From contig JBAZWF010000001.1 in NCBI GenBank assembly GCA_041660485.1, positions 279,076-343,075 of the forward strand: a stretch of DNA of 64,000 bases, given 5' to 3'. The notes beneath the pieces were generated by a model, which saw only the letters and a program-made list of their open reading frames with translations, was not told the DNA's origin and made no database searches. The number at the start of each line of letters is the position of its first letter. The first letter of the stretch is position 1. Below are positions 28,270 to 36,700 of the stretch, piece after piece. A program made the translations under genes and the position numbers. Source of the stretch: Candidatus Pacearchaeota archaeon (GTDB lineage Archaea; Nanobdellota; Nanobdellia; Pacearchaeales; GW2011-AR1).

Positions 28270-28761
28270 TTAGCTATTTGCATTATATGTTTCAAGAATT
28301 CTATTAATTATATTTGTAGATGAATAGCCCTCTTCAAGTTCATAATTCTTAAATTTTCCCCCCCATTCAGATAATACTTTCTGCTCTTCAGCAATTCTTT
28401 CAGCAACAAAACTCCCTCCTTTAATATGGATATTTGGTTTTATTATTTTTAATAATTCTAATGGAGTATCTTCATTAAAAATTGTTATATAATCAACACA
28501 TTCAAGAGCAGATAACATCAAAGCTCTTTCTTTTTGAGGGATTATCGGGCGATTTTCCCCCTTAAATCTTTTTATTGAATCATCACTATTTAATAAAACA
28601 ATTAAACAATTTGCTTCATTTGCTGCCCTCTCTAAAAGATTAACATGAGCATAATGAAGAATATCAAAACTGCCATTTGTTGTTGCAATTGTTTTCTTAT
28701 TTTCTCTAATATTTTTAGCAATACTAAAAATCTCTTTATAACTTCTTATTTTATAATCCAT
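28270..28761 (-). CDS. cytidylyltransferase-fold nucleotidyltransferase (RfaE domain II / RibL-like)
   Basis: ATTNGSFDILHYAHVNLLERA (HxGH-type motif), KGENRPIIPQKERALMLSALECVDYITIF, HIKGG. Confidence 0.55.
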   Translation of the reverse strand: MDYKIRSYKEIFSIAKNIRENKKTIATTNGSFDILHYAHVNLLERAANEANCLIVLLNSDDSIKRFKGENRPIIPQKERALMLSALECVDYITIFNEDTPLELLKIIKPNIHIKGGSFVAERIAEEQKVLSEWGGKFKNYELEEGYSSTNIINRILETYNANS

Positions 28762-28793
28762 AAAGCTATTTTACAAAAAGCATTTTTAAATAT

Positions 28794-29492
28794 TTAGGTA
28801 ATTTTTAGATATCTCTGCCTTTCACTTTCAGGAAATTTTTCAATAGAATACCTAAGCATTGTTCTCGGCATTATCTTAACATTTTCATTCAAAAAATCTT
28901 CAAGGGCTTTTTTATCTCTTTTTCCAACTTCTCTTAGCATCCACCCAACAGCTTTATGAATTAAATCATGCTTATCATTCAAAAGAATCTCTGATATCTT
29001 TAAGGTATCTTCAAGCTGATTTTCTCTAATAAAAGTAGCTGTTGAAATTATTGAAATTCTCTTATCCCATAAACTATCTGATTTTGCAAGATGATAAAGA
29101 ATTTTTCTATTTTTATCAAGCAAAAAATTGCCCACAATATTTGGAGCACTTAAATCAACCAAATCCCAATTATTAATATTTTTAGTATTTTTCAGATAAA
29201 AATCAAATATTTTTTCTTTATCTTCACTTTTTTTATATTTTTCAACTAAAATAAGCAAAGCAATAAGTCTTTCCTCATGTATTTTTGAATTAATTAACTT
29301 TTGAATATCATTTATATCTAATTGTAAATACTTTTTAGCTATTTTTCTCTGTTCTGGCACTACAATTCCCATAAAAACATCTCCTTCCCCATATTCTCCT
29401 TTACCTGTTTTAAAAAATCTCTGAAGAAGTTTAGCTTTTTCACTATCTGATTTACTTTTCATATCTTTTTTTAACTCACTTAACATATCCAT
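28794..29492 (-). CDS. DNA alkylation repair protein (AlkD-like HEAT-repeat family)
   Basis: FFKTGKGEYGEGDVFMGIVVPEQRKIAKKY matches the family block fFKtg.geYgegDvFlGv..P..R; start placed at the MDMLSEL Met at 29492, with a TATA-like box just upstream; the longer ORF-track N-terminus looks hydrophobic and spurious. Confidence 0.65.
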   Translation of the reverse strand: MDMLSELKKDMKSKSDSEKAKLLQRFFKTGKGEYGEGDVFMGIVVPEQRKIAKKYLQLDINDIQKLINSKIHEERLIALLILVEKYKKSEDKEKIFDFYLKNTKNINNWDLVDLSAPNIVGNFLLDKNRKILYHLAKSDSLWDKRISIISTATFIRENQLEDTLKISEILLNDKHDLIHKAVGWMLREVGKRDKKALEDFLNENVKIMPRTMLRYSIEKFPESERQRYLKIT

Positions 29493-29560
29493 GCTAATTA
29501 TAAATTTAAAGCCTATAAAAACATTTATAAACCAAGAATCAACTTCGAATATATAAAAAA

Positions 29561-29860
29561 ATGGAAAATAAATACGAAGCATTATACGGAATAACAAGTT
29601 TAGCTATAGGAAATGAAGAACATTTAGTAAAGATAGATGAAACTTCATTTGGATTAGCTTATGAACATGAAGATAAACCAAGAATTATAGTATTTCCTTA
29701 TAAAAATATAATTGAAGTATTAAATCCAGAATCACATAAACCTGCAGAAAACCTTGCATCAAAATTTAATGCAGTAATAGCTCCTGAAGAGTTTAAGTTA
29801 ATATCAGATTATGGAGAAGAAGCAATCCAATGCTTCCTTCAAACTATTCTTAAAGATTAA
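29561..29860 (+). CDS. hypothetical protein
   Basis: 99-aa ORF; no motif. Confidence 0.35.
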   Translation: MENKYEALYGITSLAIGNEEHLVKIDETSFGLAYEHEDKPRIIVFPYKNIIEVLNPESHKPAENLASKFNAVIAPEEFKLISDYGEEAIQCFLQTILKD

Positions 29861-29861
29861 A

Positions 29862-30413
29862 TTATTTTTCTAAATTTTTTCTATTCATTCTTTCAGACTT
29901 TGCAGGTTTAACTTTTGCAATGTGCTTTTGTTCTTTAGCCATTAATTCAGTTGCTTTTATTTCCGCTTCTTTAACAGATTCTTCTTTTTCTTTTTCTTCT
30001 GTTTTTTCTTTTTCAGATTCTTCAGTAGGTTTTTCAGTTTCTTTTTCAGATTTTTTCTTTTCTTTTGCTTTTTCAGAATGAGCTTTTGCTTTTTCTTCTC
30101 TTGCCATTGCAAATTTAACATTTTCATGTATATCCACTAAATCAACTATAACATTTTCTCCTTCTTTTCTTACTTTAACTTTAATTTTTGTTGGAGGATT
30201 TTGAATTCCCCTATACCATAGTTCTTGATTCACCCATTTACTTAATTTAACTTTATCAACATCTCTTTCAGGAACCCTCATATGCTTTGCAATAAATTGT
30301 TTAACTGCTTTTATTGCCTTAGGAGTTCTTCTATATTTTGGAACTTTTAATATTTCTCTTCTAAGATTAATTATATATTCTCTTTCAACTGCTTTTGATT
30401 TTTCTTTTGCCAT
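29862..30413 (-). CDS. rpl31e: ribosomal protein eL31 with KE-rich C-terminal extension
   Basis: REYIINLRR....P.YRRTPKAIKAVKQFIAKHM......VKLSKWVNQELWYRGIQNPPTKIKV matches the eL31 core; low-complexity acidic/basic tail. Confidence 0.75.
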   Translation of the reverse strand: MAKEKSKAVEREYIINLRREILKVPKYRRTPKAIKAVKQFIAKHMRVPERDVDKVKLSKWVNQELWYRGIQNPPTKIKVKVRKEGENVIVDLVDIHENVKFAMAREEKAKAHSEKAKEKKKSEKETEKPTEESEKEKTEEKEKEESVKEAEIKATELMAKEQKHIAKVKPAKSERMNRKNLEK

Positions 30414-30414
30414 T

Positions 30415-30717
30415 TTATTTTACCTTTTCATTAGATTTATTAATAATATCTTCAAGTAATTCCTTTAAATTTGATACAGCATTATTTTCTCCTTTTATTA
30501 TTACTCTTGGCCCCCGATAATCTCTAACAGCCGGAATTAAAACCATTGTCATTCCTTCATTATTCCTATCAACATGATAAACAGAAGTTCCATTTAAGGG
30601 ATAAATTCCAAAATGTTCTCTTACTGTAACATCTGAAAGAGCTTTGACTAATGAATTATATCTAACAACTTCATTATCTTTATATTCAATTTCAATTTGA
30701 TTTAATTGTCTTTCCAT
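30415..30717 (-). CDS. hypothetical protein embedded in ribosomal-protein operon
   Basis: 100 aa, tightly packed between rpl39e and rpl31e; no recognised motif. Confidence 0.4.
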   Translation of the reverse strand: MERQLNQIEIEYKDNEVVRYNSLVKALSDVTVREHFGIYPLNGTSVYHVDRNNEGMTMVLIPAVRDYRGPRVIIKGENNAVSNLKELLEDIINKSNEKVK

Positions 30718-30719
30718 TT

Positions 30720-30929
30720 TTATCCTAAATGTTTCTTAGCCATCTTTCTTGGTTTAATTTTAAGTTTTCTAGTTCTCCAATTTCTTTTAACATGAGTTAT
30801 TGCAGAAGGATGAACTTTTTTTCCCTGTCCATTTTTTCTAACAACTGCCCAAAATGGAGCCCACTTTGTTTGATTACCTGCAACTGCTAATCTTATTTTC
30901 TTTTGCCTTTGTCTTTTTGGTACAGTCAT
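30720..30929 (-). CDS. rpl39e: ribosomal protein eL39
   Basis: KKIRLAVAGNQTKWAPFWAVVRKNG...HP...HVKRNWRTRKLKI follows the eL39 pattern (KK.RLAKA.KQN...P.WV..KT.R.V..HP..R.WRRTKL). Confidence 0.65.
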   Translation of the reverse strand: MTVPKRQRQKKIRLAVAGNQTKWAPFWAVVRKNGQGKKVHPSAITHVKRNWRTRKLKIKPRKMAKKHLG

Positions 30930-31321
30930 TTTATGCTCTCCACTAATTTTTTTCCTTTTTCAGTTAATTTTCTTCCAGTTTTTTCTTTTTGAAGAAGTCC
31001 TGCTTTTTCTGATTGCTGAAGAATTAACCTTAACATCTTTCCACTTGCAGGCCTGAATCTTGAAGGCCGTACTCCTCTTGCTTTTTTTGAACCATATCTA
31101 ACTCTTAATCTATTAACTCCAACTGTTCCATGAATATAAATTTGTCTTAAAACACTTGCTGCTCTTTTATACCAAAAATCCGGATCTTGAGAAGGTCTTT
31201 CTTTTGCTACACCGCTTTTAACAAAAAAAGCCCATTCAGGGATTTCATATTCTTCAATTTTCTTTAGTTCTACAGCTAGCTTATTATTAAATTCTCTAGG
31301 TTCAATTTCATATACTGTCAT
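30926..31321 (-). CDS. rps19e: ribosomal protein eS19
   Basis: PEWAFFVKSGVAKERPSQDPDFWYKRAASVLRQIYIHGTVGVNRLRVRYGSKKARGVRPS...SGKMLRLILQQSEKAGLL matches the eS19 core. Confidence 0.85.
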   Translation of the reverse strand: MTVYEIEPREFNNKLAVELKKIEEYEIPEWAFFVKSGVAKERPSQDPDFWYKRAASVLRQIYIHGTVGVNRLRVRYGSKKARGVRPSRFRPASGKMLRLILQQSEKAGLLQKEKTGRKLTEKGKKLVESIK

Positions 31322-31411
31322 TTTGTGAATTAGCCGTGCTTTGCAGCACTAGAACGGTTAAAACCGTCAAGCATAAATTATAAGGAGAAAGTGTGTTTAT
31401 AAAGTTGTTGG

Positions 31412-31837
31412 TTAATGCTTTTTATTAGCCAATAACTCCAATTCTCTAAGTTCTTCTGATGAAATCTTATTCATATAAAGTCTTTTTATATTTCCTATAA
31501 ATCTTTTAAGATAAGCTTGTTCTAAATTAACCCCCAGCTCTTCTGCAAGCCAAACAGAATAAACTAACAAATCCGGAATTACTTTTTCTTTAATTTGCTG
31601 TTGAGAAGTATATGAATCTTTTTCCCCATCTTCTACTGTTTGAACATAATCAGCTAATCTCCCAAGTAATTTTCCCATATGTGCATAAGTATGCCTTACT
31701 TTGTTAAAACCAACAAATTCCTCAGAAATAAATCTTTTATCATATTCTTTTTGAAGTTTCTGAAGATTTTTTATTGTCAAATCCGAACTTTCTTGCAATA
31801 TATCTTTTAAACCCATGTTTATTTTTAGAATATTCAA
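31412..31837 (-). CDS. MazG-like all-alpha NTP pyrophosphohydrolase (tentative)
   Basis: HMGKLLGRLADYVQTVEDGE....VIPDLLVYSVWLAEELGVNLEQAYLKRF resembles the MazG EExxE/D helical pair. Confidence 0.4.
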   Translation of the reverse strand: MNILKINMGLKDILQESSDLTIKNLQKLQKEYDKRFISEEFVGFNKVRHTYAHMGKLLGRLADYVQTVEDGEKDSYTSQQQIKEKVIPDLLVYSVWLAEELGVNLEQAYLKRFIGNIKRLYMNKISSEELRELELLANKKH

Positions 31838-31868
31838 TTAATAAAGATTTATCTATTTTAATATAACG

Positions 31869-32114
31869 TTATCTCTGTGCCTTTCGCCACTTTTTTAAGA
31901 AAATTGTAAATCCAACAACTCTATAAGTATAATTCTTGCCAAGCTCTTTAAGAATTTCATCAGCTATTTTTTTTATTTTATCTCTATCTCTTTTAGAACT
32001 TTTCAATAAAACAACTTTCACATTCTGATGATTTTTAAAATGTCCTTTAATAGTTTCAATTGTATTCTCACTCATTCCGTTTTTTCCAATTTGTACTGTT
32101 GATATTAATTGCAT
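31869..32114 (-). CDS. CRM-domain (YhbY-like) RNA-binding protein
   Basis: IQIGKNGMSENTIETIKGHFKNHQNVKVVLLKSS ... YRVVGFTIFLKK matches the YhbY/CRS1 fold signature (GK.G.t...i..i.....helvKv). Confidence 0.55.
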   Translation of the reverse strand: MQLISTVQIGKNGMSENTIETIKGHFKNHQNVKVVLLKSSKRDRDKIKKIADEILKELGKNYTYRVVGFTIFLKKWRKAQR

Positions 32115-32686
32115 ATTTTTGAACCTCCTGTAGGTAAAGCTTGTAAAACTTCTTCTTGAGGAATTTCAAGTTTTATAGCAATTTGTTCAGAAATTACATC
32201 TTTATTAATATTACCAGGCTCAATGCAAAGAGCTTTATCAATTTTTTGAGGTACAGCACGCAACTTTCCTTTTTGTTCAACTAAATATAATTTTAATTCA
32301 ACTGTTTTGTGTTTTACATCTCCAACAACTCCAAAAGTTCCAGTTTTCATATTCCCTTTCTTAATTACTTGTGAAATTTGAAATACATCAATTATAACTT
32401 TTTTCTTTTTCTCTCTCCAAGCTCTACTAAATGAACCTGTAAAAATTGCTATTTCCTCTAAATCTTTTTCAGAAGGAGATTCAGATTCAATAACTGCAAA
32501 CGGACTTCCTGGCTCTTTTGTATGCATTACTATAAAGTTTTTCCCACCTTTAATTAACTCTTTAACAATTTCTTCATTTTGCTCAGCGCTCTTTCCACCT
32601 ATAACCAGTTTTTTACTAGAAGTAAAAAACCATCTATACTTCATATAGTCTTCTTCTTTTTCAGGCTTTGATAATAGCTTTTTCAT
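32105..32686 (-). CDS. NFACT-R/DUF814 domain protein (RqcH/Tae2 C-terminal module homologue)
   Basis: YRWFFTSSKKLVIGGKSAEQNE....HT.EPGSPFAV pattern of DUF814. Confidence 0.5.
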   Translation of the reverse strand: MKKLLSKPEKEEDYMKYRWFFTSSKKLVIGGKSAEQNEEIVKELIKGGKNFIVMHTKEPGSPFAVIESESPSEKDLEEIAIFTGSFSRAWREKKKKVIIDVFQISQVIKKGNMKTGTFGVVGDVKHKTVELKLYLVEQKGKLRAVPQKIDKALCIEPGNINKDVISEQIAIKLEIPQEEVLQALPTGGSKICN

Positions 32687-32760
32687 TACCTACAATATAA
32701 CAAATTGCTTTTAAACATTGCCCTTTTGATTATTGCTTAGCTCTGACATTATATCAAAAG

Positions 32761-32797
32761 ATTTATAAACTATAGCCACTATAGTGGCTATAGGAAA
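32761..32797 (+). promoter_or_regulatory. TATA box (tttataaa) followed by perfect 24-bp palindrome ctatagccactatagtggctatag (32770-32793), 4 nt before the antitoxin ATG
   Basis: Exact reverse-complement symmetry verified by eye; position fits an autoregulatory operator of the RHH antitoxin on a leaderless transcript. Confidence 0.7.
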
Positions 32798-33010
32798 ATG
32801 GAAACAACAACAATTCAACTTAGCAGAGAAACAAAAGACAAAATAGCTTCATTTGGATTAAAAGGAGAAAGTTACGATGAAATTCTTAAAAGGATTTATG
32901 CATTAGCTGTTAAAGAACAATTAAAAGAATTCTTACTTTCATCAGAAAATACTATTTCAATTGAAGATGCTATTAAAGAGCTGAATAAAAAATGGCCAAG
33001 GTCGAAATAG
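32798..33010 (+). CDS. ribbon-helix-helix (CopG/RHH-like) antitoxin
   Basis: TTIQLSRETKDKI N-terminal beta-strand motif; 70 aa; overlaps the toxin by 19 nt. Confidence 0.55.
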   Translation: METTTIQLSRETKDKIASFGLKGESYDEILKRIYALAVKEQLKEFLLSSENTISIEDAIKELNKKWPRSK

Positions 33011-33333
33011 TTCGTTCCTTGTTCGAAGAAATTGAAAAGAAATTCAAAGAAGAATCATATGAAATTATTGAGTTAATGAAAAGTTTAGAAGAAAATCCCC
33101 ATAAAGGAAAACCATTAGGAAACATTGGAGGGGTTTTAATTAAAGAAATAAGGTATAAAAATTTCAGATTTTACTTTATCACAGATGGCCATAAATTAAA
33201 ATTTTTAAATGAAGAAAGTTTAGCTAATTTACTAATAATTTTTATCAAAATGTCTGATAAAAAAAGTCAGCAGAAAACAATTGATGAAATCAGAAAAATA
33301 CTTATTACTTTAGGTCCAAAGGGTTTTGAATAG
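32992..33333 (+). CDS. RelE/ParE-family toxin
   Basis: EENPHKGKPLGNIGGVLIKEIRYKNFRFYFI matches the RelE/ParE core (g.pL.g.l.g..elR.g.yR..y). Confidence 0.6.
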   Translation: MAKVEIVRSLFEEIEKKFKEESYEIIELMKSLEENPHKGKPLGNIGGVLIKEIRYKNFRFYFITDGHKLKFLNEESLANLLIIFIKMSDKKSQQKTIDEIRKILITLGPKGFE

Positions 33334-34590
33334 TTATTTCCAAGTTTTAAGTGCCCAAGCCAGTTCTGGGTGAGAAAGTGAGTATTTTTCTAAATCCTGA
33401 TGAGCCATTACAGCTTCAACTGCCTGTCTTGCAGCTCTTGCTCCTGCAATTGTTCCTTGAGGATGTCCGTGTATTCCTCCGCCCATTTGAATAACTAAAT
33501 CATTTCCAAGATTTTTTACAAGGAAAGGAACATGTCGCGGATGCAAACCACCAGATGAAACAGATAAAACTGGTTTGATATTATTCCAATTTTGTTCAAG
33601 TCTAAGTTTAGTTTGTTTTATTCTTTGTTTTTCAATTTCATCTGAAAGCTGTTGAACATCTTTTATCTTGCCTTCTAATTTTCCTATACCTGTCCCAATA
33701 TGAATTTGATCAACACCTGCTAAACGAGCAAAATCTGCAATAACCATCATACTTATTCCCTGTTCCGGATTTCTATCAAAAGCAGCATGCATTGCTCTGT
33801 GTGCATGAATAGCAAGTTTAAAATTTGCCTGTCTTAAAGTCTGAACAGCTGCCCAGCCAGAAGTTAAAACATCAATCATAACATATTTCCCACCATTATC
33901 CTGAACAAATTGCGCACGTTTTAACATTTCTTTTGTTTCAGATGTAACATTTGCAAAATAAGCTTTTTTTTCACCTGTTTCTTTTTCAGCTTTATCCTGC
34001 ATCTTAAGAGTTTTTGTTATTCTTTCATTAAACTGATTAAATTTTTGTGAAGATAAGTTTTCATCATCTTTAACAAAATCACATCCTCCAACCCAAGATT
34101 GATAAGCAGATAAAGCATGATGACTAGAATTTAAACCTAATTTTGGTTTTATTATTGTCCCAATAAACGGGCGTTTTTTTACTTTCATTATTTTTCTCAC
34201 ACCTTCAATTCCATATTGCGGTCCATCATAATCTTTTAAAATAGATTTTGGAAAAGAAACATCTTCTAATCTAATTGACTTAACCACTTTCATTCCCATT
34301 ATATTTCCTGCAATTGAAGAAAGAATATTTGGAATATTTTTCGGCTCAAACAACTGAGAAGGATAAGCAATCTGCACATAATTTCCCATTATTGAAAAAA
34401 CTCGCGCTCTCAGCTTTTTAACATAATCTCTTTCCTTAATATCTGTCCATGTTCCAACACTTGATTCAAGAGCAACAACATTCGCAGCTTCTTTAACACT
34501 CATTTTATTCGGAACAATTTTTAATAGACTAATTATATCATCTTTCGGTTTATACTTTAAATCAACAAATTTTAGTTCTTTCATTTTCAC
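33334..34590 (-). CDS. rbcL: ribulose-1,5-bisphosphate carboxylase large-subunit homologue, form III (archaeal)
   Basis: IKPKLGLNSSHHALSAYQSWVGGCDFVKDDENL (carbamylated-Lys region), GGIHGHP, SSGGLHP; 418 aa, the short form typical of form III. Confidence 0.9.
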   Translation of the reverse strand: MKMKELKFVDLKYKPKDDIISLLKIVPNKMSVKEAANVVALESSVGTWTDIKERDYVKKLRARVFSIMGNYVQIAYPSQLFEPKNIPNILSSIAGNIMGMKVVKSIRLEDVSFPKSILKDYDGPQYGIEGVRKIMKVKKRPFIGTIIKPKLGLNSSHHALSAYQSWVGGCDFVKDDENLSSQKFNQFNERITKTLKMQDKAEKETGEKKAYFANVTSETKEMLKRAQFVQDNGGKYVMIDVLTSGWAAVQTLRQANFKLAIHAHRAMHAAFDRNPEQGISMMVIADFARLAGVDQIHIGTGIGKLEGKIKDVQQLSDEIEKQRIKQTKLRLEQNWNNIKPVLSVSSGGLHPRHVPFLVKNLGNDLVIQMGGGIHGHPQGTIAGARAARQAVEAVMAHQDLEKYSLSHPELAWALKTWK

Positions 34591-34598
34591 CTTTTTAT

Positions 34599-34883
34599 CT
34601 AATTAGTTTGTAAATGGTATTTAAAATCTTTTGCTAGATTTCTAAATTGAATATTTAAATGCTTATAGTCTGAACTAAGTTTTGCAAGGTGAATTGAATT
34701 TGTAAAAACAAGCCCTATTAATGCTACTAAAAGAGTTACAATTATATTTTCAGTTGTCCAAGAACCTCCAAGTATTTTCTTTATTATTTGATATAATATT
34801 ACAATTGCAAATATAATTAGTATAATTGTAACTATAATCTGGATAATATCTAATAAATCAAGTGTTTGATTTTTAGTTTTCAT
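34599..34883 (-). CDS. small membrane protein (hypothetical)
   Basis: Two predicted TM helices; 94 aa. Confidence 0.4.
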   Translation of the reverse strand: MKTKNQTLDLLDIIQIIVTIILIIFAIVILYQIIKKILGGSWTTENIIVTLLVALIGLVFTNSIHLAKLSSDYKHLNIQFRNLAKDFKYHLQTN

Positions 34884-35043
34884 TTTATAATATTATTTTA
34901 CAATCAACCAAATAACTAAAGCAATTACTATCATTAGCATTACTATCCATAAAATTATGTCTAATGTCTCTTTTAATTTCATCTTCTCTTTTTTATATTC
35001 TTTACACAAAAATAAACTAAAAAGAGTTTATAATAGTTGTGGA

Positions 35044-36378
35044 TTAAATCTTCTTAATAACCGGCCCTTCAGAAGTATCATTAACATTAAACCCGTATTC
35101 CATTATCTTTGCTCTTAACTCATCTGCTAATTTCCAGTTCTTTGATTTTCTCGCAGCTTCGCGCTGCTCGACATAAAGCTTAACTTCAATTGGAATATCT
35201 AACTCTTCTTTTTCCAGAAGTTTAAGTCCTAAAACACTATCAATTTTTTTAACTGTCTGATATTTTCCAGTTGTTTTTTTATCTCGCAGAAGATTCCACA
35301 AAACCTGAAGAGCATTTGGCATGTCTAAATCATCTTCAACTGCTTTTTCAAATTCTTTCAAATAACTTTTATTTTCTTTTTTATCATCTTTCAACTCATG
35401 ACAGATATTTTTCAACCTTTCATAAGCATTTTTAGATGCCTCAAGATTCTCAATTGAAAACATTAAAGGAGAACGATAGTGAGTTGTTAAACACATATAC
35501 CTATAATCAAGCGGAGAAAAACTTTTTGTTCTTAACTCATTTAAATTTAAAACATTTCCAAGAGATTTTGACATTTTCCCTTCTTTCATTGTTAAAAATC
35601 CGCCATGAAGCCAGTATTTTACAAATTGTTTTCCAGTATAAGCTTCACTCTGTGCAATTTCATTTGTATGATGCGGAAAAATTAAATCAATAGCACCTGT
35701 ATGAATATCAAATGTCGGTCCTAAAATTTTCATAGACATTGCAGAACACTCAATATGCCAGCCCGGACGCCCTTTACCAATTTCTGTATCCCAAAAAACA
35801 TTTCCATCTTCAGGAGTATAAAATTTCCACAGCGCAAAGTCCTGAGCATTTTCTTTTTCATATTCATCACTTTTGATTCTTGCCTTAGAATCTTTTCTTT
35901 TCTCCAATTGCGCCAACTTTCCATAACCCTTAAACTTATCAATTGAAAAATAAATTCCATCATCTGTTTTATATGCATAACCTTTTTTCATCAGCTCTTT
36001 TATTAGTTTAACCATATCATTAATTGATTCAGTTGCGCGGATTATATGCGTAGGCTTAATAATATTCATAGAATCCAAATCTTCAAAAAATATTTTCTCG
36101 TATTTTCCAGTAAACTCTTTCAAAGGAATTTTCTCTCTCAAACTTCCTTTAATTGTTTTATCATCAACATCAGTTATATTCATCACATGAACAACTTTAT
36201 AGCCAAGAAACTCAAGACTTCTCTTTAAAATATCATTAAAAACATAAGTTCTAAGATTTCCAATATGTGCATAATTATAAACAGTCGGCCCGCACGAATA
36301 CATTCCAACCTGATTTTTTTTAATTGGAACAAAAGACTCCTTCTTTCTTGTTAATGTATTATAAACTTTAAGTGCCAT
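35044..36378 (-). CDS. cysS: cysteine--tRNA ligase
   Basis: MYSCGPTVYNYAHIGNLRTY (HIGH region), KMSKSLGN, Zn ligand Cys positions. Confidence 0.9.
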   Translation of the reverse strand: MALKVYNTLTRKKESFVPIKKNQVGMYSCGPTVYNYAHIGNLRTYVFNDILKRSLEFLGYKVVHVMNITDVDDKTIKGSLREKIPLKEFTGKYEKIFFEDLDSMNIIKPTHIIRATESINDMVKLIKELMKKGYAYKTDDGIYFSIDKFKGYGKLAQLEKRKDSKARIKSDEYEKENAQDFALWKFYTPEDGNVFWDTEIGKGRPGWHIECSAMSMKILGPTFDIHTGAIDLIFPHHTNEIAQSEAYTGKQFVKYWLHGGFLTMKEGKMSKSLGNVLNLNELRTKSFSPLDYRYMCLTTHYRSPLMFSIENLEASKNAYERLKNICHELKDDKKENKSYLKEFEKAVEDDLDMPNALQVLWNLLRDKKTTGKYQTVKKIDSVLGLKLLEKEELDIPIEVKLYVEQREAARKSKNWKLADELRAKIMEYGFNVNDTSEGPVIKKI

Positions 36379-36448
36379 AAATAGTTCTAGGAAAGAGGAT
36401 TTATTAAATTATTCATATAACTTTCATTCAAAAGATTTAAATACCTCC

Positions 36449-36466
36449 ACATATTACACATATTAC
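36449..36466 (+). promoter_or_regulatory. tandem direct repeat catattaca x2 immediately upstream of the VapB-like antitoxin ATG
   Basis: acatattacacatattacactcatATG; candidate operator. Confidence 0.4.
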
Positions 36467-36472
36467 ACTCAT

Positions 36473-36700
36473 ATGACAAATCTAACATTATCAATTCCAG
36501 AAGACCTAAAAAGCGAGATGGAAAAATTTCCAGAAATAAATTGGAGCGAAGTAGCAAGAGCTGCAATAAAAAGAAAAATAGAATTATTAATTGAAATGGA
36601 GAAAATTCTTTCAAAAAGCAAATTAACTAAAGAAGATGCTTTAATATTCAGCAGAAAACTTAAAAAAGAAGCTGTAAAAAAATACCTTCAGGCAAAATGA
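36473..36700 (+). CDS. putative antitoxin (VapB-like partner of PIN protein)
   Basis: 75 aa; 4-nt ATGA overlap with the downstream PIN gene. Confidence 0.5.
   Translation: MTNLTLSIPEDLKSEMEKFPEINWSEVARAAIKRKIELLIEMEKILSKSKLTKEDALIFSRKLKKEAVKKYLQAK

Noticed and set aside
27916-28270. CRISPR array hypothesis for the repeat cluster
   Set aside because: The units are heterogeneous modules (A, B, D, linkers), not one identical repeat separated by unique spacers of uniform size. No cas genes in the window. The hairpins carry TATA-like flanks.
27898-28307. Six-frame ORFs 27898..28107 and 28101..28307 (+) crossing the hairpin array
   Set aside because: Both simply re-read the repeat, producing the same peptide VSLFVTFIAKTIVAGYKSFDGASQKF twice. 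No start context, and they lie entirely within palindromic repeats. Treated as artefacts, not genes.
28794-29597. Long N-terminal extension of the AlkD-like ORF (start at 29597)
   Set aside because: MLFRIMLRIYFPFFYIF... is unlikely to be coding. The Met at 29492 is preceded by a TATA-like box and matches the family N-terminus. The extension would overlap ORF 29561..29860.
31322-31411. Possible small RNA in the GC-richer gap upstream of rps19e (hairpins gtgctttgcagcac and acggttaaaaccgt)
   Set aside because: It is more likely a terminator or attenuator between the upstream 141-aa gene and the ribosomal-protein operon. It is too short and not obviously conserved. Left as an untested observation.
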